Shown piece after piece: positions 1 through 9,195 of a stretch of 47,295 nucleotides of DNA. The notes under the pieces are model-generated. The model saw nothing but the letters and a program-made list of their open reading frames with translations. It made no database searches and was not told the DNA's origin. This stretch comes from Candidatus Rifleibacteriota bacterium. Lineage in GTDB: Bacteria; Muiribacteriota; Ozemobacteria; Ozemobacterales; Ozemobacteraceae. How positions within the stretch are numbered: the first letter of the stretch is position 1; each line of letters opens with the position of its first letter. The stretch is from assembly GCA_051747585.1 (NCBI GenBank), contig JBNJGH010000014.1:1-47295 (forward strand), in the 5' to 3' direction. The translations under genes and the position numbers were made by a program.

Positions 1-209
1 TAAGTCCATTCTTCGTCTTTTGGAAGTTTGGCGTTGACTTCATTTACTCGCGCCAGGGTTTCTTCCTGATTTTTGTGGGGCATTTTCTGCCAGTTTCTGA
101 TCAAATAAACTTTTTCGAAGTCCTCGACCGGATCGCAGGGCACACCAACCAGAGCCCAGCACTGAGAACTTAACAATATCAATGAAACCAGCAATAGTAT
201 CTTCTTCAT
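1..209 (-). CDS. Secreted hypothetical protein (3' end runs off window start)
   Basis: Manual translation from ATG at 209: MKKILLLVSLILLSSQCWALVGVPCDPVEDFEKVY..., open to the window edge; classic signal peptide; GAGG SD upstream. Not in the ORF track. Confidence 0.75.
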   Translation of the reverse strand, partial: MKKILLLVSLILLSSQCWALVGVPCDPVEDFEKVYLIRNWQKMPHKNQEETLARVNEVNAKLPKDEEWT

Positions 210-348
210 AAAAACCTCACCAAATGAAACAAGCTTTCTTAAATTATAATGACAACCAACACAACCCACAACCCGAGTAAAAAATTCTTAATCCTAAATA
301 GATTGCTGCCGATAAATATGGAAGATAAGAAAGTATGGAGGCATAATC

Positions 349-588
349 ATGATAATTCCCAATACTCCCTTGTATCAGTCCAAAACTGATGCTGAATTCA
401 GAATCAGAATGATTCACCACATCAAAGCCAACTACAAGGATGTGATCGGCAGTGATGTAAATGTCCTGGACCTACCCAACGGATTGGATATTCTTCAGGC
501 AAAAGTTCAAAAAAGACTCTTTGATATGAGCAATGGTGAAATTGACCTGACTCCAGAAGAAATCAGAAACGAGCAACTTGCTGCCTGA
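349..588 (+). CDS. Hypothetical protein, 79 aa
   Basis: GGAGG SD upstream of the ATG; followed by an intrinsic terminator; no recognisable family. Confidence 0.7.
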   Translation: MIIPNTPLYQSKTDAEFRIRMIHHIKANYKDVIGSDVNVLDLPNGLDILQAKVQKRLFDMSNGEIDLTPEEIRNEQLAA

Positions 589-610
589 TTCATTAAAGAG
601 AATTATTTAC

Positions 611-639
611 AAAGCTGTCTCAAACGAGGCAGCTTTTTT
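611..639 (+). terminator. Rho-independent terminator
   Basis: AAAGCTGTCTC-AAAC-GAGGCAGCTTT plus T-run just after the stop at 588. Confidence 0.8.
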
Positions 640-738
640 AAATTTCATGAATTAAGAGAATCAAATCAATTTTCGGTAAAGCTTAATTAACTGGTTTCCA
701 TACCCTTTGTTTTATTTATCTCGTCAAATGCTTATATT

Positions 739-954
739 AAACCACTGAGCCCACCGAGAGCGCGGAGGTGATTTTTTTTATCTTTTTCAGCCATTGTTTC
801 TAGCAACCAATCATCAGTCAGAAAAACACGAGTGCTTTTTTGACTGATGATTGGTTGCTAGAAAAGCCGGACGGTGAACCCGCCGGCTGATTGTCCGGCT
901 GGACAATCCCAGGCTGAAAAAGATTCTCTGTGCAACTCTGCGAGCTCTGTGGTT
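739..954. repeat. Four-way-junction intergenic repeat element, copy 1 (core 780-924)
   Basis: Core closed by ATCTTTTTCAGCC/GGCTGAAAAAGAT; long hairpin 797-864; AGCCGG-A-CGG/CCG-CCGGCT 865-888; GATTGTCC/GGACAATC 889-908; outer CCACNGAG/CTCTGTGG arms. Homologous to 12326-12536 and 15874-16080. Confidence 0.95.
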
Positions 955-1007
955 AATTATCTTCTAAATTTGGTAAAAAACATTTTTTAGTGCTAAGATA
1001 GCCTGTC

Positions 1008-2030
1008 ATGCTGAATAATAAAAGAAAACAGCAATTTTTTAAGTTTTTGCTCGTTATTAAACCACTTTTTATAGCGATTATGGTCGGGCTGTTTTTTATA
1101 TCGCCCGCTTCGCCCGGCTTTGCCCAGGTAACAATTGTCGCACCGCCTCCGGTTGTTAAAGAGAAAAATAATTCGGCAACCCCTGTGCCAGAGCAGAAAA
1201 AACAAAAAGCAGCAGAAGAAAAAATTCATTTCTATTCAGATCCAGCCCCTTTGATTCGAAAAACAAAAAGTTCAATGAACTTTGACCTTGAATTGTTTAA
1301 ACTTGAACAAGCCAAAGATTTCCCCCGAATAGATGCACCTGCAGGTTTGTATGATTTTTCGTACAGCGACAAAAACTTTAAAATTATCGCAAGCCACAGC
1401 CTAAAAGAGAAGGAGATAAAACCAGGTCAAACAATTGGCTTAGACTTTATGGTTTCAAATTTGACTTCCCGTGGCTATCGTCTAAAACAGGAAATAATTG
1501 CCCATGAAAAAATCAGAGCTGCTCATGAAAGAACTTCATTTTTACTTGAACCAGGGAAAAAAACCAATCGACACATTGCGCTTTTCTTAGACTCTTCTTT
1601 ACCTCCGGGAATTTATCAAATTGTCTATCGGCTTAATTCAACGGCCGGCAACACTTTGTCCGAAACAGTGAAATTCAAATTTGCAGTTAAAGCTTTTCCC
1701 TGCCTGAAATTCAAAAGAACTTCCTCTGCTCAAATTACAGAAAATTCATTATTCAAAGTAACCGGCGAACTTCATAACTGCGGCAATCTCGATCTATACC
1801 TGGATTTAGCCATTGGCGGCAATGCAAACAACCTGGAGGTTGTACCCTCGCGCATATCTCTTCCTGCCGGCAGCAACTGCTATCTGGAAATAAGTGGAAA
1901 ATCTCCGGCTTTGCTGCACCCAATGAAAAATGTACTGAAATTAAATTTTTCTGCCACGGCACGAACAAGCAAAAGAAACTTCGAACTTCTCAACAAACCC
2001 ATAAAATTGATTCTTGGGGCTTCTCCTTAA
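1008..2030 (+). CDS. Exported protein with Ig-like/NEW3-type beta domains; paralog of the N-terminal part of the 1337-aa usher-like protein
   Basis: Hydrophobic N-terminal signal; IKPGQTIGLDFMVSN, LPPGIYQIVY and VVPSRISLPAG are typical Ig-like strand patterns; motifs shared with 4752..8765. Confidence 0.7.
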   Translation: MLNNKRKQQFFKFLLVIKPLFIAIMVGLFFISPASPGFAQVTIVAPPPVVKEKNNSATPVPEQKKQKAAEEKIHFYSDPAPLIRKTKSSMNFDLELFKLEQAKDFPRIDAPAGLYDFSYSDKNFKIIASHSLKEKEIKPGQTIGLDFMVSNLTSRGYRLKQEIIAHEKIRAAHERTSFLLEPGKKTNRHIALFLDSSLPPGIYQIVYRLNSTAGNTLSETVKFKFAVKAFPCLKFKRTSSAQITENSLFKVTGELHNCGNLDLYLDLAIGGNANNLEVVPSRISLPAGSNCYLEISGKSPALLHPMKNVLKLNFSATARTSKRNFELLNKPIKLILGASP

Positions 2031-2075
2031 CTTGTTACCAACCTACACGTGGGCATGGCGGAATAGTGAGATTGC

Positions 2076-2247
2076 TTCGTCATTCCGGCCGAAAAAAATG
2101 AGAGCCGGAATCCAGGGTCAGGGTAATAAGTTTTTTTATTTAAACTAAGGGTTCAAAATTTTGAGCCCCTACGGTTTTGTTTCTTTAATAAAAAACGACG
2201 ATTATTCTGGATTCCTGATCCGGTTAGAACCGGTCAGGAATGACGAA
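2076..2247. repeat. CGTC-type REP doublet (REPIN/MITE-like)
   Basis: Terminal IR TTCGTCATTCC/GGAATGACGAA; left hairpin ATTCCGGC..GCCGGAAT-CCAG; right CTGG-ATTCCTGA..TCAGGAAT; central GGGTTCAAAA/TTTTGAGCCC palindrome. Confidence 0.85.
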
Positions 2248-2496
2248 TAGAGGATTAACAAACAGAATCATTTTTTTTACTCTTGGTGTTCTTTGTGACT
2301 TAGTGACTCCGTGTGAGGAGCAAATATTTTCAAAATAAATTTATTTTCATAATTATCACTAACAAAGCTTTTCAGTTTGCCGATACTTCTTCACAAGTTC
2401 TCTCATTAAAGCTATAGCTTAACAAGCTTATGATTTTTTGAGGAATGGATAATCAAATGGACTGGAAAACAATGTACACACCTGTTAAAATTTAAC

Positions 2497-2525
2497 TTGA
2501 CAAGCTTTAAACGCTTAAATAAGTT
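2497..2525 (+). promoter_or_regulatory. Putative sigma70 promoter upstream of the pilin-like gene
   Basis: TTGACA-N17-TAAGTT. Confidence 0.45.
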
Positions 2526-2772
2526 TGTTGACAGTGTCTGTAACATTTTGGGCAAACGCCTTAATCAAGGGGTTTGAAAGTTGTTTTGTTCAAAATTTCA
2601 GATAATGTCAGGTTAATATAACAATGTTAAAAAGGTATTGTACATTTAACCAAAGAATCTTGCATAGCGAGGGGGTGAGAGTAAGTAAAAAAAATTATCG
2701 GGTAAAATGTTCACTACCAAACAATATTTAGTTTTTTAGTTCTAAATAATTTTACAAGGAGATTTATTAATC

Positions 2773-3300
2773 ATGAGAGCCAAACTCTTCATTCTTCTAG
2801 CTCTATTTGTAGCCTTTTCGGCCACCTCTTTCGCAGGATCAATTGCCACCAACACAATTTCAATTGATCTGCAGGAAAACAGATCTCTGGAATTCGGAGC
2901 CGGCCAATCAACTGTTGCTACAGATGTAACCCGTCTTTCCAATGATCAGCTTGCGATTACAACCAACTGGACCCCCCAGATAGCTACCCTCAGCATTCAG
3001 CACGACCTGGGGCTTGAGCAAAAGATTACAGTTGAAACTGCCCTCCAAGATGGCGACTGGGTCGGCAGATACCTCACCGTAGAAGCTGGCATAACAGAAT
3101 TACCCGCCGGCGGGAACCCCACAGGTGAAATCAATTTAATTACAGACGGAACCGTTGGCCCTGTATCAGACCTCGTGACCGAAATACCTGCAACTTCCGG
3201 CGTAGAGGAAGTAACTCTTAATTACTTAATCGCAGCAGGACCAAATGCTTCACCTGGCTTGCATACAGCAGAAGTTTATTATACTTTGACAGACAACTGA
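2773..3300 (+). CDS. Putative major fimbrial subunit (CsuA/B / spore-coat-U-like)
   Basis: Signal peptide; 175 aa, Thr/Gly/Ala-rich; C-terminal ASPGLHTAEVYYTLTDN fits the G-x-(Y/H)...alternating-strand end of chaperone-usher pilins; AAGGAG SD; chaperone-like gene nearby. Confidence 0.65.
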   Translation: MRAKLFILLALFVAFSATSFAGSIATNTISIDLQENRSLEFGAGQSTVATDVTRLSNDQLAITTNWTPQIATLSIQHDLGLEQKITVETALQDGDWVGRYLTVEAGITELPAGGNPTGEINLITDGTVGPVSDLVTEIPATSGVEEVTLNYLIAAGPNASPGLHTAEVYYTLTDN

Positions 3301-3319
3301 TTTTTAACCTTAGAATCCC

Positions 3320-3354
3320 GCCCCCCTCTTTTTTTTCACAAAAAAGGAGGGGGC
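3320..3354 (+). terminator. Stem-loop after pilin gene (attenuator or mRNA stabiliser)
   Basis: GCCCCCCTCTTTTTT...AAAAAAGGAGGGGGC hairpin between the major and second subunit genes; weak U-tail. Confidence 0.55.
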
Positions 3355-3415
3355 TTGCTTTAGGCAAAGTTGAAGTAGTAGACTATCTTCTGAAATATTA
3401 AACAGGATTCATAAT

Positions 3416-3913
3416 TTGTCAGTGTTATTTGATAATTTTGCTAAAGTAATTTTTATTTTATATATTTTTTGCAACTTTTCGCTTGCATGCAATGCCGATT
3501 CAATAAGATTGGGTGGCACAAGCCCGCAATTGGAAATTCAAAGATCAGCATTGTCGGCACCTAAATGGCAAACAAGCACATCATCGGAATTAAGTGCAAT
3601 TATAACAACTACCGGCAATTACAAAATTACGGTTGAAGTCAATTCCTTGAATCCCTCCAAATGGCAGGGCAGGAGTTTAAAACTTGAGCTGGATGAACAG
3701 GCCGACTGGCTGGCGGAAAGTTATCTGGCTACATTTTATTGGATTAATTTAGTTGATGATGGAAGACTTTTATCAAATGCTGAGACTCTTGTCGACAATC
3801 TTGAGTCAGGCACACATCCTTATATTCCTTTAAAATATGAATGTTGGGCAAATAAAAATGCAGTTCCAGGCATAACCCAGTTAACTGTTACCTTTACCTT
3901 AATTAAACAGTAA
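3416..3913 (+). CDS. Putative minor fimbrial subunit (paralog of 2773..3300)
   Basis: TTG start; signal peptide; shares KITVE, W.GR.L, INL..DG and C-terminal NA.PG....V..TL with the upstream protein. Confidence 0.65.
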   Translation: MSVLFDNFAKVIFILYIFCNFSLACNADSIRLGGTSPQLEIQRSALSAPKWQTSTSSELSAIITTTGNYKITVEVNSLNPSKWQGRSLKLELDEQADWLAESYLATFYWINLVDDGRLLSNAETLVDNLESGTHPYIPLKYECWANKNAVPGITQLTVTFTLIKQ

Positions 3914-3936
3914 AACTAAATTTCAGGAGTAAAAAA

Positions 3937-4737
3937 ATGGCAAAGGCTTTTAAATTTCTTTTTATAATTATTTTTTCTTTTTCATGCCTGACTGCTAATG
4001 CTGTAACTGTTGAGAATCCCGCAGATGACATATATATAAGCCCGGGCGGCAATGCTGAAACTTCATTTCGTGTAATAAACCGCTCAAATAAAGAGCATCA
4101 AATAACCGTTTACCAGACAGATTACTTTTTTAATGCAGATGGTAAAAATGAATACGGTTCCCCCGGTCAGCACAAAAGATCAAATGCTGACTGGCTTGAA
4201 TTTACGCCCAAGCGCTTTTTAATCCAACCAAAGTCAAAAGTTGCTATTAATGTAACTGCCAATATTCCCCAGAAGTCTCTTAGCGGAACTTACTGGAGCG
4301 TATTGATGGTTGAATATATAGATGCAAAAGCCACAGAAGCCGCCAACACTTCAAATGCAGATATACAATCGAAAGTAACAGTTAAACGACGTACCGCCAT
4401 ACAGATTCGCACCCATATTTCAGGAACAGGCGAAATGAAAGCTCGCTATTTTAATCAATCTATAAAAGAAATTGACGGCGAAAGAAAATTTTTTGTTGAT
4501 ATGGAAAATACCGGAACCCTTTATTTTACCGGCCAGTTCTATATAAACTTCTTTGACAGCAAAGGCAAACCGGTAGAAAAAATTCTTCTTGGCAAAAAAT
4601 CACTTTATCCCGGCTGTTCTGCAAGATTTTCAGCAGACATTTCTCATCTCAAAAAGGGAAATTATACTGCCTTGTGTGTTTATGACACTTCAGGTGAAAA
4701 AGTATTCGGCGGAAAATACCAGATAGAAATCAAATAA
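3937..4737 (+). CDS. Putative fimbrial assembly chaperone (PapD-like/DUF916-like)
   Basis: Signal peptide; RSNADWLEFTPKRFLIQPK, GTYWSVLMVE and ENTGT motifs; two-Ig-domain size. Confidence 0.7.
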   Translation: MAKAFKFLFIIIFSFSCLTANAVTVENPADDIYISPGGNAETSFRVINRSNKEHQITVYQTDYFFNADGKNEYGSPGQHKRSNADWLEFTPKRFLIQPKSKVAINVTANIPQKSLSGTYWSVLMVEYIDAKATEAANTSNADIQSKVTVKRRTAIQIRTHISGTGEMKARYFNQSIKEIDGERKFFVDMENTGTLYFTGQFYINFFDSKGKPVEKILLGKKSLYPGCSARFSADISHLKKGNYTALCVYDTSGEKVFGGKYQIEIK

Positions 4738-4751
4738 AGTTTCTTTATTGA

Positions 4752-7700
4752 TTATTCAGCTTCCACCATTTCAACTTTTCTGATTATTGGCGAAACATTA
4801 AAGGTTAGTTTATTCTCAGCTTCAGGTTTTACATTAATAAAACCTTTTTCCGGACTGATTCGATAACCTTTCGGGATGGTATTTTCGTAAACTCTATATT
4901 TCCAGGAACCTGCCGGCAAACCGTAAAATTTAAATTTTCCCTCTGAATCTGAAACGGCTGTGTATCGTCTTTTATTTGATCTTACTTCCAATATGACTCC
5001 CGCAAGCTTCTGTGCTTCAATTTTTCTAAAGCCTGCAGGCATTGGGGCTAAAATATCTTTACCTGCTTCGTCTTTTATTTGAACAGTATCATCAGGAATT
5101 TCCGTTGATGCGACCTTAATCTGCCCGGAAAAAGTGCAGCCTTCCTCAAGTAAAAGGGTTACTGAAGCTACTTTTCCACCCGGAATATAAACTTTCAAGG
5201 GCAAGCCTTGCTGCGAAATTTTATTTAAACCGCTGTTTCTACGATCTATATCAAGAGTATAAGTACCCGGAGTCAGATCGGCAAAAACAAAATTTCCATC
5301 AGAATTTGTAACTGCTGCCATGTTTTTCATCAATAAGGTTATATTATCTAAAGATCGGGTCTGACTGCCGACTATTTCTTTAACCTGACCTTTCAATGCC
5401 CCTATTTGGTTGTTTCTGCCTGTCGGCATGCCGAACTCTCGAGTAAGGCTAAGCTGATAATAAACAGGGGCTTCTGCATAAACAGTTGAATATGAATTTT
5501 TTGACATCCTGAAATTAACGCGATTATTTGATTTTTTATAATTTAAATTTAAATTCATATTTTGACTGGTTCTGTCTGTTTCACTGTAATTGGTCTGGCG
5601 AAAGTTGAAAATAGCTGTAAGAGCGTTTGTCACTCTAAAGTTGATCCCCATTCCCAGACTGTTACTATTATCTTGAAAGTAATCATTACTACTATTATTT
5701 TTTTCCATTGATCCGTAAGCATTTAACATAAGTTTTCGGGTTATTTTGTAACTTCCATTAAATCTGTGCTGTATTCTATCTTTTTGCGTCCCATCAATCA
5801 GGTCATCAAGAACACGCTTGGAGAAAGAATAGTTTGAACTGTATCTTCTGCCATTTTTTGTTACAGACCCCGTATAAGCCTTGGTCTTAGTGTTATACTC
5901 ATTGGAAATTCTATCGAAACGGTGACTGTCACTATAGTTCAATCTGAAATAAGTATCTTTATTCAATCTATAACTGACACCTGTTCTCATAGAATCATTT
6001 TGTGAAGCCGGGGTGGAATCAGATTCAACCAGCCGATGCTGCTTAGACTTAGAATAAGATACAAAGCTCTTTATATTTTTGCCCAGTGGTATACTAACAG
6101 AAGTTCTGGTGTTTTCATTACCACTGTTGCTACCGGCATAAATCACCCCCGTGTCGCTATGACTTACGCTAAAAGTTGCGTAACTTCGAACTTTTGTAAC
6201 ATAATTCAATTTAAAAGCTGCATCTCTTGTATCTGCAAGATCACCGCCCCACTTTTTCCCAACTTCGCCGGTCAAACGTGAAATTCTGTTGGGACGAAAT
6301 TTAAAAGCCAGGGTGGTAAATCTTTCTTCAGGACTCAATTTATTTGTTTTACTGGTAGATACAAAATGACTTAACTTTAAATTAAGTTTCCTGCCAAAGG
6401 ACTGAGACACGAAAGCACCTTTTCCTTCAAGTTCATTGATTCGATAACGAGTTTCATAATTTATAAAGCCAACTTCGGTTTCATTGGTTAAATTGTAATC
6501 AACACCAATACCACGGCCGGTATAAGAACGAGAAAGCGCTGCCACACCAAAGCTATGATCACCGATCGCTACTTTCATTTTTCTGTCATTATAAAGTAAG
6601 CTTGAAGTCTCTCTGGAATAGGACAAACCTGAGTCTCTATTCGAACCTTTGTCGCGCACAAGAAATTCAATTTTACGGCTATGTGAATCATCCAGGTAAC
6701 CCTCTGATGAAACTTCCATCTGGGTGCTGTATTCACCTCTAAAACTTTTAACTCTGACAGTTGCATCTACAGGTAAGCGATGTTTAAAGTCTGTTTTAGT
6801 TCCGGCTTTGGTAAAAAATTTAAAGGTTATTATCTGTTTAAGTAAAACGGGTTTCTGGCTCTTGCTTAAGTCTCTTACAGTCAGATAAGTTACAAGTGAA
6901 TGACCTGGTTGGTTACCAACACCTGTTGTCCCTTTTATTACCAGATCAACAAATTCACCCGGAGCCAGATCGGCTTTTTCCTGCGAAAGATCTAATCTGA
7001 AATGCTTTTGTTCGCTGGCCTCAATTCCTAACGAAAGCTTAGTATTACTATTATTGAAAAGCTTGCCTTTGATTGTGAAGTCTTCGCCATAAATGACGCT
7101 GCCGGGCTTTTCTTCGATGACAAAATTAAGGTCGAGCATTTCCATTATGTTGAATTTGAATGAAAAACTACCATGGATCGCCTGGTCATTGCGCTCGAAG
7201 ACATTATAAGCAAATGTATGTTCGCCGGCTTTAAGATATTGAGGCACAGTAACCATAACAATACTGTTATAGGTTTCCATTGGCTCAAGACTGAATTCTG
7301 CAGGCGGAAAGGCCAGTTGAAAACCTTCGGGCATATCGAACTCTTCGACGAAATGCCCTGGTCTGCCGGATATGTTGGTAATCTGGAAACTTATGGTAAA
7401 GCTTTCGCCGGGTTCTACATACATGCTTTGCAAATCGGTGGCAGCTTCAATATGAAGGCCGCTGTCAAAGGAGTTTACCCCATAAATTACCGAGCCTTTA
7501 TTGACCTCTTCAGTTTTTACCACAAAGCTTCTATCTCCAGGAGCGACCTCTTTATCGGATTTTTTTGCTGAGGGTTTTTCTGGTTCAATTTTCTTTTTTG
7601 AAGTTTCTTTTTGCCTGTCAGCATCTGACTTAGCAGAAGCTTCGGTTTCTGTAACTTTCTTCACAGTTTCTTCTGCAATTGTATCTTTTTTTATTGCAAC

Positions 7701-8765
7701 ATCTTTAACCGTTTTGGCCTGTTGTTTGTGAGGTCTTTTTTTCGCTTTTTGCCTTTTTTGCGCAGTTTTCTTTGCAATCGTCGGCTCTATTACTTTTTCG
7801 ATTGGCTTTTCAGGTGTTTTTAATTCAGAAGAGCCTGGCTTAACAGGTTTTTTAGTTTCTGCAGGCGGTTCTGACGACTCGACATCTGAATAGCCTTTAA
7901 TTCTACGCCTTAACAGCTCGAGAGTTTTGCTTTTCTGCAGAATTGAATCTTCGGGGGTTCTGCCAGACTTAATCGGCTGCTTATCTAAAGTTTTTGTTTT
8001 ATTGGATTGCACAGTTTCTTGTGCAAGTTCTTTGCCGGATTCAGCCGGTGTCTTTGAAGTTTTTTCGGATTGTACCGGCGACCGCCCAGGGGCTTCAGCT
8101 TTTTTAGCAACAGCAGGTTTACTAATTTTACCAGTTCCCCCTGGCGAACGTCGGGGTGTTTTTATTTTTTGCTGTTTCGCTTGCGCAGGTTTTTTGTATG
8201 ACGGCTCTGCCTGGCTGACAGTTTTTTCAGATCGCTTTTGCAAAGGTTTGCCTGAAACTTTTGCTTTTGTCTTTAACTGCTTATTTTTAAGCGCCCTTCT
8301 AAATTTTCTGATCACAGAAGGATCACCGGTTAAATAAACAAAGGTCGACTCAAGCTGTTCCCGGGTTAATTTATTGCGAATTTCCTTGAGCGAATTTACT
8401 ACAGCCAGCGGATTACCTGCGCGATCGACCAGAATTAAAGGCATTCCCGAAGGAGCCCTGTCAGCTTCTTCCAATTTCAACAAGACGGGCGGCGGATTAA
8501 CAATCATTGATTTTTGCGAAGGGTTTGGCGTTACCCTTTCTATGGCAGATTTTTCATTGCGATGAGACATTTTTTTTGCAGGAGCTACTGATGTTTTAAG
8601 ATCAGACCCTTTCTTCTTCTCTTCATATATAGGTGGGGGAGAAACAATTTGAGGCTGTTGAAAAGCGTTTTGCCCCACAGCAAAAACTCTGGAATACGAT
8701 ATAAAGCATTCCATTATCAGCAAGAAAAAAACAAGTAAAAATAAGCTACTTGTTTTACTTCTCAT
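4752..8765 (-). CDS. Large usher-like outer-membrane protein with Lys/Glu/Pro-rich N-terminal linker
   Basis: Signal peptide; low-complexity aa ~170-410; two Ig-like modules; long amphipathic beta-strand region; two C-terminal carboxypeptidase-regulatory-like domains (TNSDGNFVFADLTPGTY, SDSEGKFKFYGLPAGSW). Convergent with the chaperone gene. Confidence 0.6.
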   Translation of the reverse strand: MRSKTSSLFLLVFFLLIMECFISYSRVFAVGQNAFQQPQIVSPPPIYEEKKKGSDLKTSVAPAKKMSHRNEKSAIERVTPNPSQKSMIVNPPPVLLKLEEADRAPSGMPLILVDRAGNPLAVVNSLKEIRNKLTREQLESTFVYLTGDPSVIRKFRRALKNKQLKTKAKVSGKPLQKRSEKTVSQAEPSYKKPAQAKQQKIKTPRRSPGGTGKISKPAVAKKAEAPGRSPVQSEKTSKTPAESGKELAQETVQSNKTKTLDKQPIKSGRTPEDSILQKSKTLELLRRRIKGYSDVESSEPPAETKKPVKPGSSELKTPEKPIEKVIEPTIAKKTAQKRQKAKKRPHKQQAKTVKDVAIKKDTIAEETVKKVTETEASAKSDADRQKETSKKKIEPEKPSAKKSDKEVAPGDRSFVVKTEEVNKGSVIYGVNSFDSGLHIEAATDLQSMYVEPGESFTISFQITNISGRPGHFVEEFDMPEGFQLAFPPAEFSLEPMETYNSIVMVTVPQYLKAGEHTFAYNVFERNDQAIHGSFSFKFNIMEMLDLNFVIEEKPGSVIYGEDFTIKGKLFNNSNTKLSLGIEASEQKHFRLDLSQEKADLAPGEFVDLVIKGTTGVGNQPGHSLVTYLTVRDLSKSQKPVLLKQIITFKFFTKAGTKTDFKHRLPVDATVRVKSFRGEYSTQMEVSSEGYLDDSHSRKIEFLVRDKGSNRDSGLSYSRETSSLLYNDRKMKVAIGDHSFGVAALSRSYTGRGIGVDYNLTNETEVGFINYETRYRINELEGKGAFVSQSFGRKLNLKLSHFVSTSKTNKLSPEERFTTLAFKFRPNRISRLTGEVGKKWGGDLADTRDAAFKLNYVTKVRSYATFSVSHSDTGVIYAGSNSGNENTRTSVSIPLGKNIKSFVSYSKSKQHRLVESDSTPASQNDSMRTGVSYRLNKDTYFRLNYSDSHRFDRISNEYNTKTKAYTGSVTKNGRRYSSNYSFSKRVLDDLIDGTQKDRIQHRFNGSYKITRKLMLNAYGSMEKNNSSNDYFQDNSNSLGMGINFRVTNALTAIFNFRQTNYSETDRTSQNMNLNLNYKKSNNRVNFRMSKNSYSTVYAEAPVYYQLSLTREFGMPTGRNNQIGALKGQVKEIVGSQTRSLDNITLLMKNMAAVTNSDGNFVFADLTPGTYTLDIDRRNSGLNKISQQGLPLKVYIPGGKVASVTLLLEEGCTFSGQIKVASTEIPDDTVQIKDEAGKDILAPMPAGFRKIEAQKLAGVILEVRSNKRRYTAVSDSEGKFKFYGLPAGSWKYRVYENTIPKGYRISPEKGFINVKPEAENKLTFNVSPIIRKVEMVEAE

Positions 8766-9064
8766 AGAACTAATAATTTTTTAAGCAAGCCTGATTGCCC
8801 TGCCATAATGAATTTATTGCCGCCTGTTCTTACTTTTCCGTAAACCTGATCAAATCTATCTGTATTTTTTTCCACCAGGTTGCTTGAAAAAGAAAGGTTC
8901 TCTAAATAAATCGACCTTGAGGCTTAAAACGATTAGGAATTTTCGCGAAGTTGAATCCTCGCAATCAAAAAATTGTTTTGTATTTTTACCCGGTCATTTC
9001 GACTAAAACTCAATGACCAGACATCGACTTCAACCAGATAACCAGAATTTAGACGAATCAAACC

Positions 9065-9088
9065 GGGCCGACCGCGGTCGGCCCCTAC
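9065..9088 (-). repeat. GTAG-type REP singlet
   Basis: Minus strand GTAG followed by the perfect 20-bp palindrome GGGCCGACCGCGGTCGGCCC. Confidence 0.7.
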
Positions 9089-9195
9089 AAAAATAATTTT
9101 CAATGAAAAACTCAACAGACTCCCCAAAACGGACAATCTGACTTTGACATTTCTCATTTGGTTTGAGGCTTTTATGAGAGATCTTTCTTATGGAA

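Noticed and set aside
819..840. CAGAAAAACAC resembling hairpin-ribozyme loop B in a four-way junction
   Set aside because: Here it base-pairs with GTGCTTTT; the partner GUAUAUUAC strand and a loop A arrangement are not evident.
844..864. Hammerhead-like CTGATGA...GAAA in element copy 1
   Set aside because: It lies inside the fully paired variable arm and is absent from copies 2 and 3.
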